Shown: piece by piece, positions 13,550-27,509 of the stretch
How positions within the stretch are numbered: the first letter of the stretch is position 1
Layout: each line of letters begins with the position of its first letter
From: Perna viridis
Lineage: Eukaryota
DNA: 64,000 nucleotides
Reading direction: 5' to 3'
Assembly (NCBI GenBank): GCA_037379345.1
Contig: CM074521.1
Coordinates: forward strand, 10,838,247 to 10,902,246
Made by a program: the position numbers and the translations under genes
The notes under the pieces: model-generated
The model's input: only the letters and a program-made list of their open reading frames with translations
Told to the model about the DNA's origin: nothing
Databases searched by the model: none

Positions 13550-13749
13550 GGACATAACTGATCAGTACGTATGGGTAGGAATTTACAAAAATACACAGTT
13601 CACCTGGTCAGATGGTAGCGCTATACAGCAACTATCAGAGTGGTGGGACAGTGACCAACCAAACGATAAAAATTGTGGACTTCTAAGGGTGTCAAACTTC
13701 CGACTTCACGACGACGATTGTATGAATAATCGTCCATTTGTATGTGCAA
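13550..13749 (+). CDS. Gene 1 exon: C-type lectin domain, second half (DITDQYVWVGIYKNTQFTWSDGS...WWDSDQPNDKNCGLL...LHDDDCMNNRPFVCA)
   Basis: Acceptor atttcag| phase 2; donor A|gtaag phase 1. WVG, FTWSDGS, QPN, C..C..FVC signature. Not in the ORF track. Confidence 0.92.
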
Positions 13750-14052
13750 GTAAGATTAAATACCAGTCTTTGTAAGAATGAGGCATTAAATGAAACAATT
13801 CTTTAAAACCGAAAACTATTTCGATGTATTCACTAAGAAATGTTACTTCGAATAAAGAATGCACCAAATTTTACATGTTTAACGGGGAATTAGTTTTATG
13901 CACGGCACTTTAATTCAGAAGTCTTTAATAACTAACTTTAGATAATGATGGCTATTTATAAAAGTTCTCAAAACCTTTTATTATTTTTTTTTATAATTAT
14001 TATTATAATTTTTTATGGTGGTCCACCATTGCGTTAATTTGCTGCTACAGTG

Positions 14053-14160
14053 AAACCTATTTAAACCGAATCCTGAATAAACCGGAAACCTGTCTTTACC
14101 GAATCTTGAATAAACCGGAAACCTGTCTAAACCGAATCCGGAATAAACCGGAAACCTGTC
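14053..14160. repeat. 33-bp tandem repeat (about 3.3 copies) inside a family C MITE
   Basis: Unit aaacctgtctaaaccgaatcctgaataaaccgg; explains the repetitive ORF 13981-14172. Confidence 0.85.
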
Positions 14161-15432
14161 CAAATCAAACACTTTTCGAAGTGCCTTAATATCAGTTCAG
14201 ATATATTCTAAACCTTGGTAAAACGAACACGTGTCTAAACCAGAGACATTTAAATTGATGTTAATGTTTCTTTCTAAAGCGAACATATTGTAAAGACCAA
14301 AAGTGGTTCGGTTTAGACAAGTTCAACCCTATCATGATTGACCTTTGACATCAAGAGCTTACTGATTGATATAACGTGTTTTAAAAGGAAGTTTCAATTT
14401 GACCAAACACATTGAATATCCGCCATTTCATTCGCCTAATCATGGAAGTATAATGTCTACATAATATACTTCCATGGTATAATTATATCTATACATTATA
14501 ATTTATCAACAAAACAGCTTTTTGGCAAGAGATAATTGAAAGTTTTGGAATAAAAGTTTTGCAATCACAAATATATTACATAATTCCACTGTATTACGAG
14601 ATTAGCGTATGAATACATGTAAATATTAAGTTATTCTCCGTTTAAGTATCAGGCAAATTGTGTATATTAAGATGTGACATATGAAGAAAAAAAGTTTTAT
14701 TGCATTATCCAAGTATTTATACCTCATAACCTCCAGACGTAATGATCAAGATATAATTCATAGATCAAATTTAGTTGAAATGCACTATGGAAAAATGGCG
14801 GGGAAATTGTCCTGCACATTTGCCCTATATAAGCAGTCAAATAAATATCTTTAAGTCACAGATGCTTCAGGATAAATTCAAATAGTTTTTCAGTTGTTTT
14901 CTAGATGTATTGTAATATTTGAGGCACAAAGGACCACATTGAGAAAAAATGATGTGTCACTCATTGCCTGATTCCTATACAGAATGGTACTTAATTAAAT
15001 AAACTCCTCTGAAATAGTTTTGTCTTTTCAAAATTACATTTACAACAAACCATAATTCCTTGAAACAGTCTTAACAGGGGTCAATATGAATCCATTATAC
15101 ATTTATCAATACCGTAATTGACATTCTAAAATTCTTAGAGAGTTAAGGAGAGAATAGGAATGAATTTAGCAGAATTTCATACCCAAGGTTCTATATCTTA
15201 TGACAGGCGCGGGTCCAAGGCCAGGACTGGCGCGCCGGGCGTACGCCCCCCACCCCAAATCGGTAAGAAAAAAAATTTCACCGCAATTCAAATCTGGATC
15301 CGCCTCTGAATGACTCAGTTCATCGGTACTTTGATTTTAAAATATAGCGTACATACAAACAATAATTTTTGTTATTATTAATGCACGATATATCATAACG
15401 GATTATATAACTGTATATATATTTACCTTCAG

Positions 15433-15480
15433 ATTGGACACAGAACAATATTCAGCTAGACTGCAATTCTAATATCCATG
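15433..15480 (+). CDS. Gene 1 short linker exon (NWTQNNIQLDCNSNIH)
   Basis: ttaccttcag| acceptor and G|gttagt donor; 48 nt, phase 1-1, open. Not required for frame, so less certain. Confidence 0.6.
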
Positions 15481-17594
15481 GTTAGTACATTGTATATAAA
15501 TTATGCAAGTTTGATTCGTGAAATTTAACGGTGAAATATTTTGCAAAAAATATTAAGTATTAAATCTTCCCACATAAATTAAAAATTCACAGAGTTCAGA
15601 GCAATTGAACATTGCAAAACTGTGTATTTGAATGTATTTTAGATGAAGATATATACTAACAGTACAATTCAACGTTAGAATCAAATAAATTATTCAAATG
15701 TTATAAATATGCTAATATCAAATTACATATTTATTGACAATTTTATTAACCAACTCGACTAGATGATTTGTAGAACAGTTGTTTTCGTATTTTACCAAGA
15801 ACATGTACGTTTATTTGCATTAATCAGTCTTAAATATCCTTTTTGTATAAATGGAAGATTTCTGCAGCTTTTAGTGTCGGTGATCAAAGTTCCCGAAATA
15901 ACACAATTCTGAAAGCACGAATGTGCAATTGAAATTATATTCTGCTCTTTTGTTTTAGGCATTATAATAGGGTTGCAAGGTGTAATAAATTATTAGTTTG
16001 CATATCATAGTTATGTTGGATTCCATTTTGTTTTGTTTTCTATGTGCACATCCTTTGATTCTAATTTGTCTGGTGTATGTTACATAATGTATGTTTTTAT
16101 ATTTAGTCTGAAGTTCCTTAGAGCTTGTCGTTGTATTTGAATGATACGCCAAATCAAAATCAAGTTTTCTTACCTTATTTTAACTTTTTTATTTGTTTGG
16201 TTAAATACATGTTTAGGTACATATGCATAAATAATCCAGCAGGATAATGAAGTGATAATATCTAATTCAAAATGGTGGTATCAAATGACCGGAAGTTATG
16301 ATGCAGTATTGGCCCTGCTTTGATCCATATTAGCCCTCTTTTTTTATCCGTATAGATGCCCGGTTTGAATTCATATCAGTTGGTCAGTTTTAGGCATATT
16401 TTATCGTATTTTGGGTAGTTGGTTAATAAAAAACTATAATATTTGGTTTTCTACATCTTAATTGTAATTTGTACATGAACCTAGCCGGTCAAATAACTCT
16501 TGCAAAGAGAGATAACTCTGGCATTAAAATAGACTGATACGAGAGAACTAGTCATTGGAGTTCAACTTTTTCAATTCAGCGTCAATTCAAATAAAAAAAA
16601 TCATCATTTTTGTACTTTGTGGTGGCATATTTTACTTGTCATACCATAGTAATGAAAAACTTATCCAGCAAAACTAAATTGTGGTTACTTGCCGCGGTGA
16701 AGTTACAAAATACATACCATGCACGTTTAAAATTCCCAGTTTAGAGAATAACGTGCGAATTGTTTTCGTGTAATCGTGTTAACCACGTTCAGAAATCTTT
16801 CCAATTGTTGGTATTTGGTATGAATCCGTTGGTCTTACATTGTAGATGAGTTAAAATAGTGGTTTTGGATACATATTTCACGTGTAACACTACTCAATTG
16901 ATGTGACCTCAAATTTAAAATTGTGTTTATGGATACTTATTTCTTATACAACAAGTACTTCTTCTTTGATAAATAATATAATTAATGTAACCTCAAATTG
17001 TCTCAAATCGTACAAATTGAAGCAAACCAACTATCGTCATTGCTAAAAATAAGATTTCTCGCTAAGAGTTGATCCTGTGTATTGTTGGATTTTCAAAATC
17101 TACAATTGTCAAGGGATGTGAAATACTCGAGATATATCTGGCTTAAAATACTATTACTAAAATATTTAAAGGAGAAACCTTTCATACAAAAAGAGGAACT
17201 GCTAGATTTTAATATAATATTGTAATTAATTGATGTCCATACATTGTCAACATCTGACCGTGACAATACATTTCGCCAACGTGTTGTGAGAACAATTTGG
17301 TTTTTTAAATGCAAGTTTTTATATGAATCAGGCAAAAAAGGAAAAATCCGAAACATGCATGTCAAAAGCTTATTGATCTGACAAGATAATTTCACTCAAG
17401 AATACTTTCTCTATTTGAAAAGACCATTATTTGATCTCTGCTTCACTGGATTTGCTCAGAAAATTTTCAATAGAATGTTAGAAAAATGAAGATTTTGACC
17501 GAGCTATCTGTCCTTGCAATGTTCATATTCAGTGCTTTTCAGTGAAAATTTAATTAAAATTACCAAAATGATATAGTCTTTTTTCCCTTGATTA

Positions 17595-20500
17595 AGCCGG
17601 CGTTACACATTGGCTTGTAGTTGCAACGCGTGAAAAAATCTAATATGCCACAAACACGCTGATAGTTTTGAAAGTATCCAACCTGTCAATCATCTTTGTA
17701 GCGTATTAAATGAGCCTCCAGAGTATTGTTAAGTAGCAGTATTTGTAAGAATCATGCACAGTCTGTAAATTGAGATACACCTAAAAAAGGCTGAACATCA
17801 TAATTTTTGTTATTAAGTTGCTTGATAGGCATATACATGTAAGATGAAATGTATAATTACATACGTATTCATGTATTCATTCCAATCTGTCTGCTCTTAA
17901 GAGATAATTCACGTTGAATTTCCAATGCTTTCTATTGTATTTTAGTGTTATTTACAGAGTTATCGCCCTTAATTTTTAATTCTACAGCACATTCTATATA
18001 TTTTTTATCTCCTAGAGCACGGTATATATGAAAAGCAACGTGTTAATTTCTGTCAACTGTAACATTTTCAACAAAATATCAAAAATAAAAATACGTAGGT
18101 TTTCCAACTATGAATCACATTTTGCATGATTCTTATGTGGAGTGCTAAGACGTACGCAGGGCGTATACAAGCGTTTGTTTCGGGTTAGTGAAACGTTTCC
18201 ATGCGAATGTGCGCGTATTTCTGGGGTTTAAGTGACGTAGGAAAATAGGTCAACAACATGAACGTGCCTAGAACGTATGTGTTGCGCGTCTCGAACTTAC
18301 TTCGAACGCTTTGGCGTGTTTTGGGCGTACCTGGGATGTATTATTGTTGGGGATATGTGTCATTTCCGATTTCATGCTTTTAAATTCCCGTCTTAATACA
18401 TTCCCCCACATTTCTTCTTTCTTCATTCCGTGATGCGACCTAAAGGAAGATAACGTGGAAGAGGCTGCGGTAATGACTAAAAGCATAAGTCTTGAAATGA
18501 AGCGGAGAGAGTAAGAGTCGATCATAGTCCAGATAATCGCCCGGTTAGTCCAGTTATCCAACCAATTGTTACCAGTAGTCTATAACTATTCGTTCTTTCC
18601 TCTCCATCGCTCAGTGAGAGCAAGTTTTCATCACTGTTGTTCGTAGACCAAATACATCATCTCCAATGATATAGTAGGGGACGTTTTCAGTGTCATGTGG
18701 GAGAGGTTCGGCATCAGGAAAACCAATAGGTCAGTCCTCCGTTGCTTATTTAAATTCGGATTCGTTATAAATCTGAGTATTAGAATAGGCACTATTTTCT
18801 GAAATGTATAAAAATCAATGCACATGTAATGTTCAATATACAAAGTTCTAAGTACTCTCAATAATAGGGTATACTTTCTCGATTATTCTCTTACATCGTA
18901 TTCATTATCAAACTTTTCAGGTTCAAAATGTACTAAGCGGAGGGAGACCAATAACCATACTTAGATATTGTATAATTTTGAAGTTCATGAAGTATTACGC
19001 ATTCAAATCCATCACATATTATTTATGACAAGTAATGTACATTTATATATTGTTAAATCAATGAAATTGTGCATGGAGAAACAAATTGACTACAATGTGC
19101 TCAGATACCATTTGATGGAGATACTTTTAAGTTAAAAGTTCATTTTTGTTTTCTTACTCGGGCATAAATTGTTCTTTAACAGCACGACATTCACTATTTC
19201 CACCAATTTTAGTAGGTTTCAAAATGCCCGGAAAATGACAAATCTACAATGTTTTAAAATATTCTGAAAATATACAATATCTTATACCACCAATATCTGC
19301 GTAGATGAACTTGTAGTCCGCATTCACCAAGGCTAAGAGGGTTATGAAAAAAAAATCCTTTGCAGTTGTGGTAAAAAGACAATGAGTGTACCGATTTCTT
19401 AATGGCGATATGCTTTCCATCCAGTGCTCCACATGAATGTGGAAAATGCCATATGTGCATAAAATGATCGGCGATAGCTTTCCATTTGTCTGAAAAACTC
19501 GGTGAAGGCATCACCTTATCCGTATATTCTTCAATTATGACGTAACAAACTTCCCTGATAATTTTAGTAAATATGTTGGCTAGGACTCTCCATGAATATT
19601 TCATACCAGCATAAGACGATCCAGAAGAAAGATGTCGAAAGATGCAGCTAATTCCGATCCAGGCTTTTATGGTTCTTTGCGAAATGCAATGAACATACTA
19701 GTTTACTCCGTATCCATTTATTATTCAACTATACAACCCTCCAGGCCCCTTTGTTCCATTTAAGAAGTTGATATACATTGTTGAAAATAGGGGCGGAAGA
19801 ACATTTCGTAGGAGTCAAGGATAAATCAATGTAAAGCCCAGAACTTTGGTATGAATTGATGCCAATGGTAGCTGCCATTACCGTCTCCCCTGTCCTCTTC
19901 GTCAACGCCTTTCAGTTTTCTGTAGATTATTATGTATATTCGTGTCGATGTGTTTTATATGCTGCAAAGCCATATAAGATATAAGCTCTCCTTACTCGTC
20001 TTGTGTAATGACAAAACGAGCAAACTTCGGTCTTTCTATACATTATTTTACATGTCAATTCTGTGCACATGCATTTGTCAGCACAGATGTCAGCACAAGT
20101 TTAGGTAAATATCGGAGTAAGCTTTTTTTACACATTCTGGAACATATTATACGTTCAAAGAGCGTTGGGGTAACCCGCGAGTACGTCAAGCGCACGTTTT
20201 ATACACGCCCGTCAAACGCCCAACATGAAATCAAATAGTCTTGTGGCGTTTGCATGTCTGTGTCGCATTTCAAACGTACCGGTAGTGTGTTCAACGCGCT
20301 TATACATGTAATATACAAATAAATGGCATTTTATTTTTGATAGTGACTTTATCACGGTTCATATCATATATGCCCGTTCGGGCTATTATACGTGATGAAG
20401 TCAGTGTCTAAAACAAAAGGTCTTTATTTCTTTTATCGGTAATTTGCTATTCACAAAAGAAAATGATGCTCGTTATCTGAAATATATTAGAAATATTACA

Positions 20501-22107
20501 CAAAAGCTATAATTAAATTGGGACTACTTTAATTATATCGGATGACCTCTGATTGTCATGATTTGTGATACGGTCCAGTCAAAATTTAGTACGTATGTCA
20601 GTTGAGGAAGCAGCGTAACAGGGGAAGGTTGGCAAGCCATAAGATTAATTAGTTAATATATGTGCATTATTATCAGGATTATTTTAAAGATTATAAACAC
20701 TACAATGGTGACCGAGTTACGATTTTGCCAGTTCTCATGAAAATAAAGGCACTCCTGCGTAGTACAAATCGATCGAATTCTAAAGGAAGATAAACATCTG
20801 GTTACCATCCATGCGCTACGTTTTATTTTAAAATAGTACTTTATAGTAACTAGCTTACAAGACAAGATAAACAGCAGCTATGTACTTAAGAACATCATAG
20901 TTTTTACCACATTATTATACTTCTGCGCAAGAGCAGACGATTTACATGAATATGTAAGAATGTAGCAAATTTTCGTTGTGATTTCAGAATAGTATACCGT
21001 ATTGATTTATTATACCAATTCAGGAAAAAAAATGTTCAAGAAATTTGTTATATTGTTGTATACATGTACCGCATTTTCTTCTGTATTTTTTACAAACTAT
21101 TGTTCAGAGTAACGGTAACGGGTTGCAAGTAAAAATTTGCCAGTCGTTGCAACGTCATAGTAAAGCTGATTTCATTGGCCTCCACAAAAATGGAATCTCT
21201 ACGCGGGTAATTGGCGCATGCTTATTGCAAACTGATTCAGTAATTTCGTGTATCAAGTTAGTTAGCCGCTCCGAGCATTATCAGCAAGTACACATTACAA
21301 GAGTTTTACTCGAATTACCGATAAAGTATCTTTAACGTATCTGCATCGCTCGGATATTCGCTTGATACCAGGGGGAGAGGGTGGGAGTAACTTAAGTTCA
21401 ATGGATAGGTAGAGATGTTCGGCCCATATCGGTTAACTTTTTATGATTAGTGATATATGAAAAGGGTAGGAATTTTAGTTGCAGTATTTGTGATTGGGGT
21501 TAACATTTAAAGGCTATACAGTTACGCGTGGTTACTGACTTGACATCAATTAAATCATCCTTAAAATCTGAAAGTAAATAAAGATAACACTTAATTGCTA
21601 AGAAGGAAGAGATCGGTCCAAATAGCTCTGACATGATAATGATTTCTTTAGATACAATGTCTTAGGTTCTGATCAGCACCCTGCTGTGACATGTAAATAC
21701 TGATAAATGCCGTGCATATATATGAATGGGTTACATTAATGCATTACATATATGTAAATGGGTGTCCGTTTTTCAATGTTTTCAATGTCAGAATATACAA
21801 TGTATGAATGGGGTGAATAAACTTTTCAGGGCCGCACACCCGTACCCTTTTGCCTGTTAAGGTACCCCCCCCCCGTACTTGATACAAGCTACATTAGTTG
21901 AAAGCAATTTTTTATGCTGCATAAAAATTGTCTAGTGACGTTCCCTGGACGTATACTGTTTGCATTCCGGCGTCCTGTAAGCGTATGCAACGCGCAACTA
22001 ACGATTGTTTAGGGTGCTTCTCGCTTCTTTACAACTCTGATGAACTTAGTCGATTTTCTTGTATGCTCAACGTACGTCGGTCCACACGTCAATGTGTGAC
22101 GCTGGTA
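17595..22107 (-). mobile_element. Decayed PIF/Harbinger DNA transposon with nested insertions
   Basis: HARBI1-type transposase remnants on the minus strand: WHFPHSCGALDGKHIAIK, Y.N.KGF, LLALVNADYKFIYADIG (19254-19604) and PLPHDTENVPYYIIGDDVF (about 18640-18730). Imperfect TIRs ccggcgttacacattg / caatgtgtgacgctgg, flanked by TTA/TAA. Confidence 0.8.
21369..21877. mobile_element. Non-autonomous element with G-run/C-run ends, nested in the Harbinger; 8-bp TSD
   Basis: CTTGATAC at 21361-21368 and 21878-21885 flanks cagggggag...ccccccccg. Confidence 0.6.
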
Positions 22108-22112
22108 TAAAT

Positions 22113-22276
22113 AAGAAATAATTCATGGAGGGGGAAGATTTGCACACATTTTAACATGGGTACGGCATTTATATTCTCATTTAACACCAAGCGACAACGA
22201 TTTGTTTAATGAGAATATAAATGCCAAACCCATTTTAAAATGAGTACAAATCTACCCCTGGAAGGAATCATTTCTT
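22113..22276. repeat. Long imperfect palindrome (arms about 74 bp)
   Basis: ggcatttatattctcatt versus aatgagaatataaatgcc, with pairing continuing out to aagaaat / atttctt. Confidence 0.85.
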
Positions 22277-23673
22277 TTCTAATATGACAAATGCGGTATT
22301 TTTGTGACAAAAATTGCCCTAGGCGTAGCCAAAATAACAGCTGTTCTCCCCCGTATGGAAGTTGGATTAAATTTGTAAATTTATGTCATCGTATGTGTTA
22401 AATGTGTGTATTTATATAATTGATTTCAATTAGATAACCTCTCGGCGGTTAAATCATCGCGTAAACTCGCGTAAACGTTTTTAAATGAGTGTTTTGTCTC
22501 GAAGCGACAGCGAAAAAAAAAGAGACAGTGCGTAGGTGCTAAACATGGGGTTGTATCGACATACAGTGTTTGACGATATGAAGACGTCATATTCGATGGC
22601 AAATTAAAATTTCAAAATGGTATTTTTTTCATACTATGTTTCGCTCATTGGCTGACTTTTTAAGACTGACACTTAAATGTAATGCAGCTCCATTATGTTT
22701 AGTTGTAATGTATGCTAGACTTATACCGAACAGCGTGCGTTTACACATCGTTTTGCGTTCGTTTAAACGCACGATAAATGCTTGATAGAAGCGTTCATTT
22801 AAACGCTAGGAGCGTTTATTTCTATTTCTGCAGTTCTATACACAGAAAGAAAAAAACATTTACAGCATCTTGATCTAATACGCTTAATTTCATTTTAATG
22901 TACAACCTACCTGTCCAATCTAACCCCTTACGGTTATCGTTCTCTTTTTTCAATGACTTAATAAATATAAGTAAATATATTGAAGTGCGATACTCGGTTG
23001 TATTCTGTGTCTAACTCACATACAGTCTGTCAAGTGACTCCTGATTTTTCTATAACTATTCCTGATTTTTCCTGACTTTTGAACAATTCCTAATTGTTTC
23101 CTGAATTTTCCTGATAACTCCTGATTTTGCACCTTTGCGCCATAAAAAAAAATATTGAACTATTTATATATTTCATAGTGTTATACTAGTAAAACTGAAT
23201 GTATATTGTGAAGAATGATATTGTGTATTCATTGGGTTGCTGTTTTACATTCAAATTGTGACTTTTCCTCAATGAATGTCACATCATGTAGGCAACTATA
23301 GTAGGGGTTTTCTTTTGTTTTTGTCTGTCTGTTTTATATTTTGCATTGAAGGCGGCCATTTTCATGTGACAGACTGCATATTAGTTATCATGTTGCAAAT
23401 CACTTCCCTGTTTGTCTTCATGCAGTATTTGGAATTTGGTTACAGCTTCCAACAGAGTGGGTTGTACTTGGTCTAATACCTTGGTTTCACATTGTGTGTA
23501 TTCTAATGCACACTGCTGGCGATAACAATGTTTACATGTGTAAATTTGTATTTAGTGTATTTAATGGCCGAGTTTGAATTCCACACGTACATAGCCTAAT
23601 ATACACACTAACAATTTAAAATTCACAATCAACTACATGTAAGCTAAACTTGATATTCAAGTTCTTACTATTG

Positions 23674-23935
23674 AAAGAGTAACCAAGGCAACCAAGGTTA
23701 TAGCGGTAGTCAAAATGTAATCCAGGGACAAAGACCAGACATGGAAAACAGACATACACAACAAAGAACACAAAGAAACTAAAAGTCATACATACAAAGT
23801 AACAAAAGTAAATGAGCAACTCGGACACCACTAAAAACTGGGAGCATGGACCAGGTGCACCGGTAAGGTAAGCGTCCTCTTCTTTTCTAGAAACACCCGC
23901 CGAGTTGCTCATAAAAAGTCAAGTCCGGGGTAGAC
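23674..23935 (-). mobile_element. Penelope-like element 3' module copy
   Basis: Near-identical to 30450-30733 and 52516-52805. Confidence 0.85.
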
Positions 23936-24852
23936 AAGTATGTCGTCAAAGCGAACAAGAAAATGCGAATCAAATCTTTATATCCCTACGGTTTTCACGT
24001 ACAAAGCTTTATTTTTAGATTCAATACGTTTTCAGCGTGTTTCATAAATATTCATAACATAGTCCCAAGTACGTGTAGTTTATTAAAAGAGTTTATCACG
24101 GATTAACTTAATAACATTTTGGCTTGATGTAAGTTATCTGACAATGACAAACGAAAATTGGTGCTACACGTGATTGCTAATCTTAAACATACATTATTCT
24201 TCAGACAAAACTTAGTGTTTGAAAGTAATCCTAGCTTAAAGTCAAATATGTTCTAAAGTCTATATGTTACAATTATTACTATTGGCCAAGCTATTTGTTA
24301 CAATTATTAGTATTGGCCAAGCTATTACTTATTCCATATTTCAATCATGTTTGTGACTCGAACCTGATATTCTTGGTGATTTTTATGTTTAGTTATGTTA
24401 TAGTCTGCTGAATTGTTCAGACGTTATTAAAATATGTAAAACTGTTTTTTTTAGTATGGCTCTACCATAGTGATTACCCCCCCCCCCCCAAAAAAAAAAA
24501 TAGAGACAAATCGAAGGGTTATATCTTCATCACGCATGTGGTTACGTGTTTTTTTTTACAGTTCCATAAATTTTTGTGGGCAAAAAACTCGGTAACCCTT
24601 TGCGAAATCGACTTGAAACTGGGGATGCAAATATGATCATGAAGGGTTTTAACATGTGTTAGTATTTAATCTATGTCTCATATGGCTGTATATTAATGGA
24701 CCAATTCAGATATTCAACTTCCATACCCGTACACAATGTTGCACCGTCGCAGCTTACTCGTAAAATACGTCAACCGTCTCGAAAAATAGCTACGACAGAA
24801 TGCCATACAGTTTCTGAGTCTGTCTTTTATTGAAATCTTGTACATGTTTTAG

Positions 24853-25865
24853 AGGAAGAAGACACAAAAGGAGTAAGCTTTGTTTTTCCTGCATGTCTTC
24901 TTCGTGACTATACATCTTACAAAATAGAAGTTATTTCTGGTAAAACAGATGATGCCATTAGCCGAGTTGAAAAATACAACAACGAACCGGGATCACAAAC
25001 TATTACATATGTTAGTCAACGGGAAACGGTTAACGCTACCTATAGATTTACATCTCAAAATGACAGCAGAAATGTTTACCGAATCACATCATACACCGAA
25101 GTTTCTGTATATGTTACCATGGAGAACGATGATCACATGGTATCAACAATTCTGTTTCCAACAGACGTTCTTGGGTTGGAGTACTTTGCAGCAACATACT
25201 GTGGCGACAATTGTAAATCGTATTGTATAGTTACTTCGATACATAATGACACTATTGTAGATATCATTTTTCCAAATACAAATCTAAACGTATCTGTTAC
25301 TGGTGTAGATTTTAATGATAGCATTGTTCAAAAGATGTCCGTTCGCTACGAATTGAATCAGTATACTTCTATTAAACTTGAAACGGAACAAGACTTAACC
25401 GGAACTTACATTAAGGCCGATAATCCAATTTCGATGATTTGTGGTACGCAATTCAATAAATATGCAATGGCTGAACAAATCATACCGACCAAATTTTATC
25501 AGACCGAAAAGTTTACCAAATTTGAACTTTCTAAAGAGAATAGAGAAATAGTTAATAGAATAATGGCATCAAACATGTTTACCTCATGTGAAACAGTCAT
25601 AAAAATTGACAATGTTAATATCAAATCTTTGTTGTTTTTCAAACGACATGGAGATTTTGAGGAGTTAAATTCAGACTCATACGACGAGTTAGTTTCGATA
25701 AAATGTAATAAGCCAGTCTTGGTATGGATAATTGTAATGGACCAAAATGCAGGCCACATGGTCCTTACTCATTCAGCAGTTACCGATTACAATTGGCCTT
25801 ATGGGTACAAGGCACAAGCAAAGGCATGGTCAACAACGTCAAACGTACAATTCAAGCAGGCAGCG
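24853..25865 (+). CDS. Gene 1 exon: IgGFc-binding-like domain 2
   Basis: Acceptor gttttag| phase 1, reading EEEDTKGVSFVF... in frame with ORF 25119. Motifs FPTDVLGLEY, DLTGTYIKADNPISMICG, EQIIPT, IKCNKPVLV. Donor GCG|gtaaga phase 0. Confidence 0.88.
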
Positions 25866-26576
25866 GTAAGACATGTACATATTCATCGGTATTAACCATG
25901 ATATATAATCTGATAAAACGTAAACTTGCCAAATCATTCCTTGTATTTTCGTTCTTTATATTTCCAATCTTTCAATAAATTTCACGAAGTCTTCCTTGAA
26001 AATGTCAGAAAAAAAAACACTTTACTCAGAGCTATATCGGTCTCCATTGGCGTACACAGATTTTATTATTCATTTGCCTTATATGCCTTTCTTAGTAGGT
26101 ATAAATGGTGTATGAATATGTGATAAATACATTCATTCATGGTAATATTATCCCTATTATATGCCTATGAGTGATATCGTCCCTCAGGGTAACGCCCTCT
26201 GGCCGATACCAATATCATCTCGTGTTGATAACAAAGGCAATATTAAAACATTCTTGTCTGTTACTAGTATTATCAAACTGTCAAGGACTCGCCATGTAGG
26301 CTCGCCCGATTACCTTGGTAATAAATATTGTAATAGTATTGTAGGATGTTGAATGCTTGGATATTCTCTTGCATAAAATATTACTTCTCTCTGAGGTAAG
26401 CTGCATTATTTTATAATGAGTTGATTTATTTTTTTTTGTTTTTGTTTTTTTTTGTTAAATTTTGGTTGGGGACCCGGATAATACGGAAGAGTTTGTACAG
26501 TTGTGTGCACGATACAGCATAATTCCGTCTGACAACTCCGCAACTTTGAAGGTCATATGCTATTAATTATGTTCAG

Positions 26577-26661
26577 GTTTGCGCCATTGGTGGGCCCACT
26601 GATCCAGATTGCGATGGATTGACTGAAGAAGACATATGTGTACTGACGGGCCATAACTTCT
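26577..26661 (+). CDS. Gene 1 exon: DxDCDG motif (VCAIGGPTDPDCDGLTEEDICVLTGHNF)
   Basis: gttcag| phase 0; T|gtatgt phase 1. Paralogous in position, phase and motif to exon 5269-5371. Confidence 0.82.
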
Positions 26662-27509
26662 GTATGTATGACACTATATCTAGGCACTGAATATCTGTTT
26701 GATTAACAGTAATGTATTACATAAGGTGTCATATCACTATTTCTGGTCTCCATTACTTTTTATGCTGAATTCAGCTTTTTATAAGGCTCAATTTTTTACA
26801 TCAGTACAGATGGTGCTAGAGGGGTATCATTATGATGGTCACCCTTTACTCTCATAAAAATACCAACATATCTTATGTGCCTTCTAAGAAAGAACAATAA
26901 AGTGAAAGTAGACAGGTGCAGAAATCACTACTTTCGTTTTGATATTTAGCCATATCAAGGGACCTAGAGTTTTTGTTCAGAACTGTCTTACCTTACGTTT
27001 TTAGAGTATTGCTGATTCATTTAGCTTTCAGATTACACCAAGTTTGTATACCTCTACTATACAAGGAGAATGATAGAGTGCAATATTGGGACTACTTCGT
27101 GTCATGACGAACTACTTTCTTGTATGTGCAGGCGACTGGTTTCCGAAATAGTAGTATTACACCATAAATGTAGTTACGTAGCAGTCATTTTGAACAATGG
27201 AGATTTCCCGTATCTGGCGTCGAATTCACAAAAACTCGTAAGAGTAAAGTTGATCGTAAGTAATGACGTCACAATCTAAAATAGCATTGTAACGTCATAA
27301 TTTACGATCAATTTCCCACTTACGAAACTTAACGGTCGACATTCAAATGGGATAAAAATGTGCTACTCTATAGATAACCCTTTATTCTTATGAGACTGAC
27401 TTTATAGTTGATCTACTATTAAGGAAGGAACATCATTAAGACATACATGTATCCTTTGATCTCATTTTTCACTATATATCGTTAAACGATTCTAGTTCCG
27501 GGGATTTTA

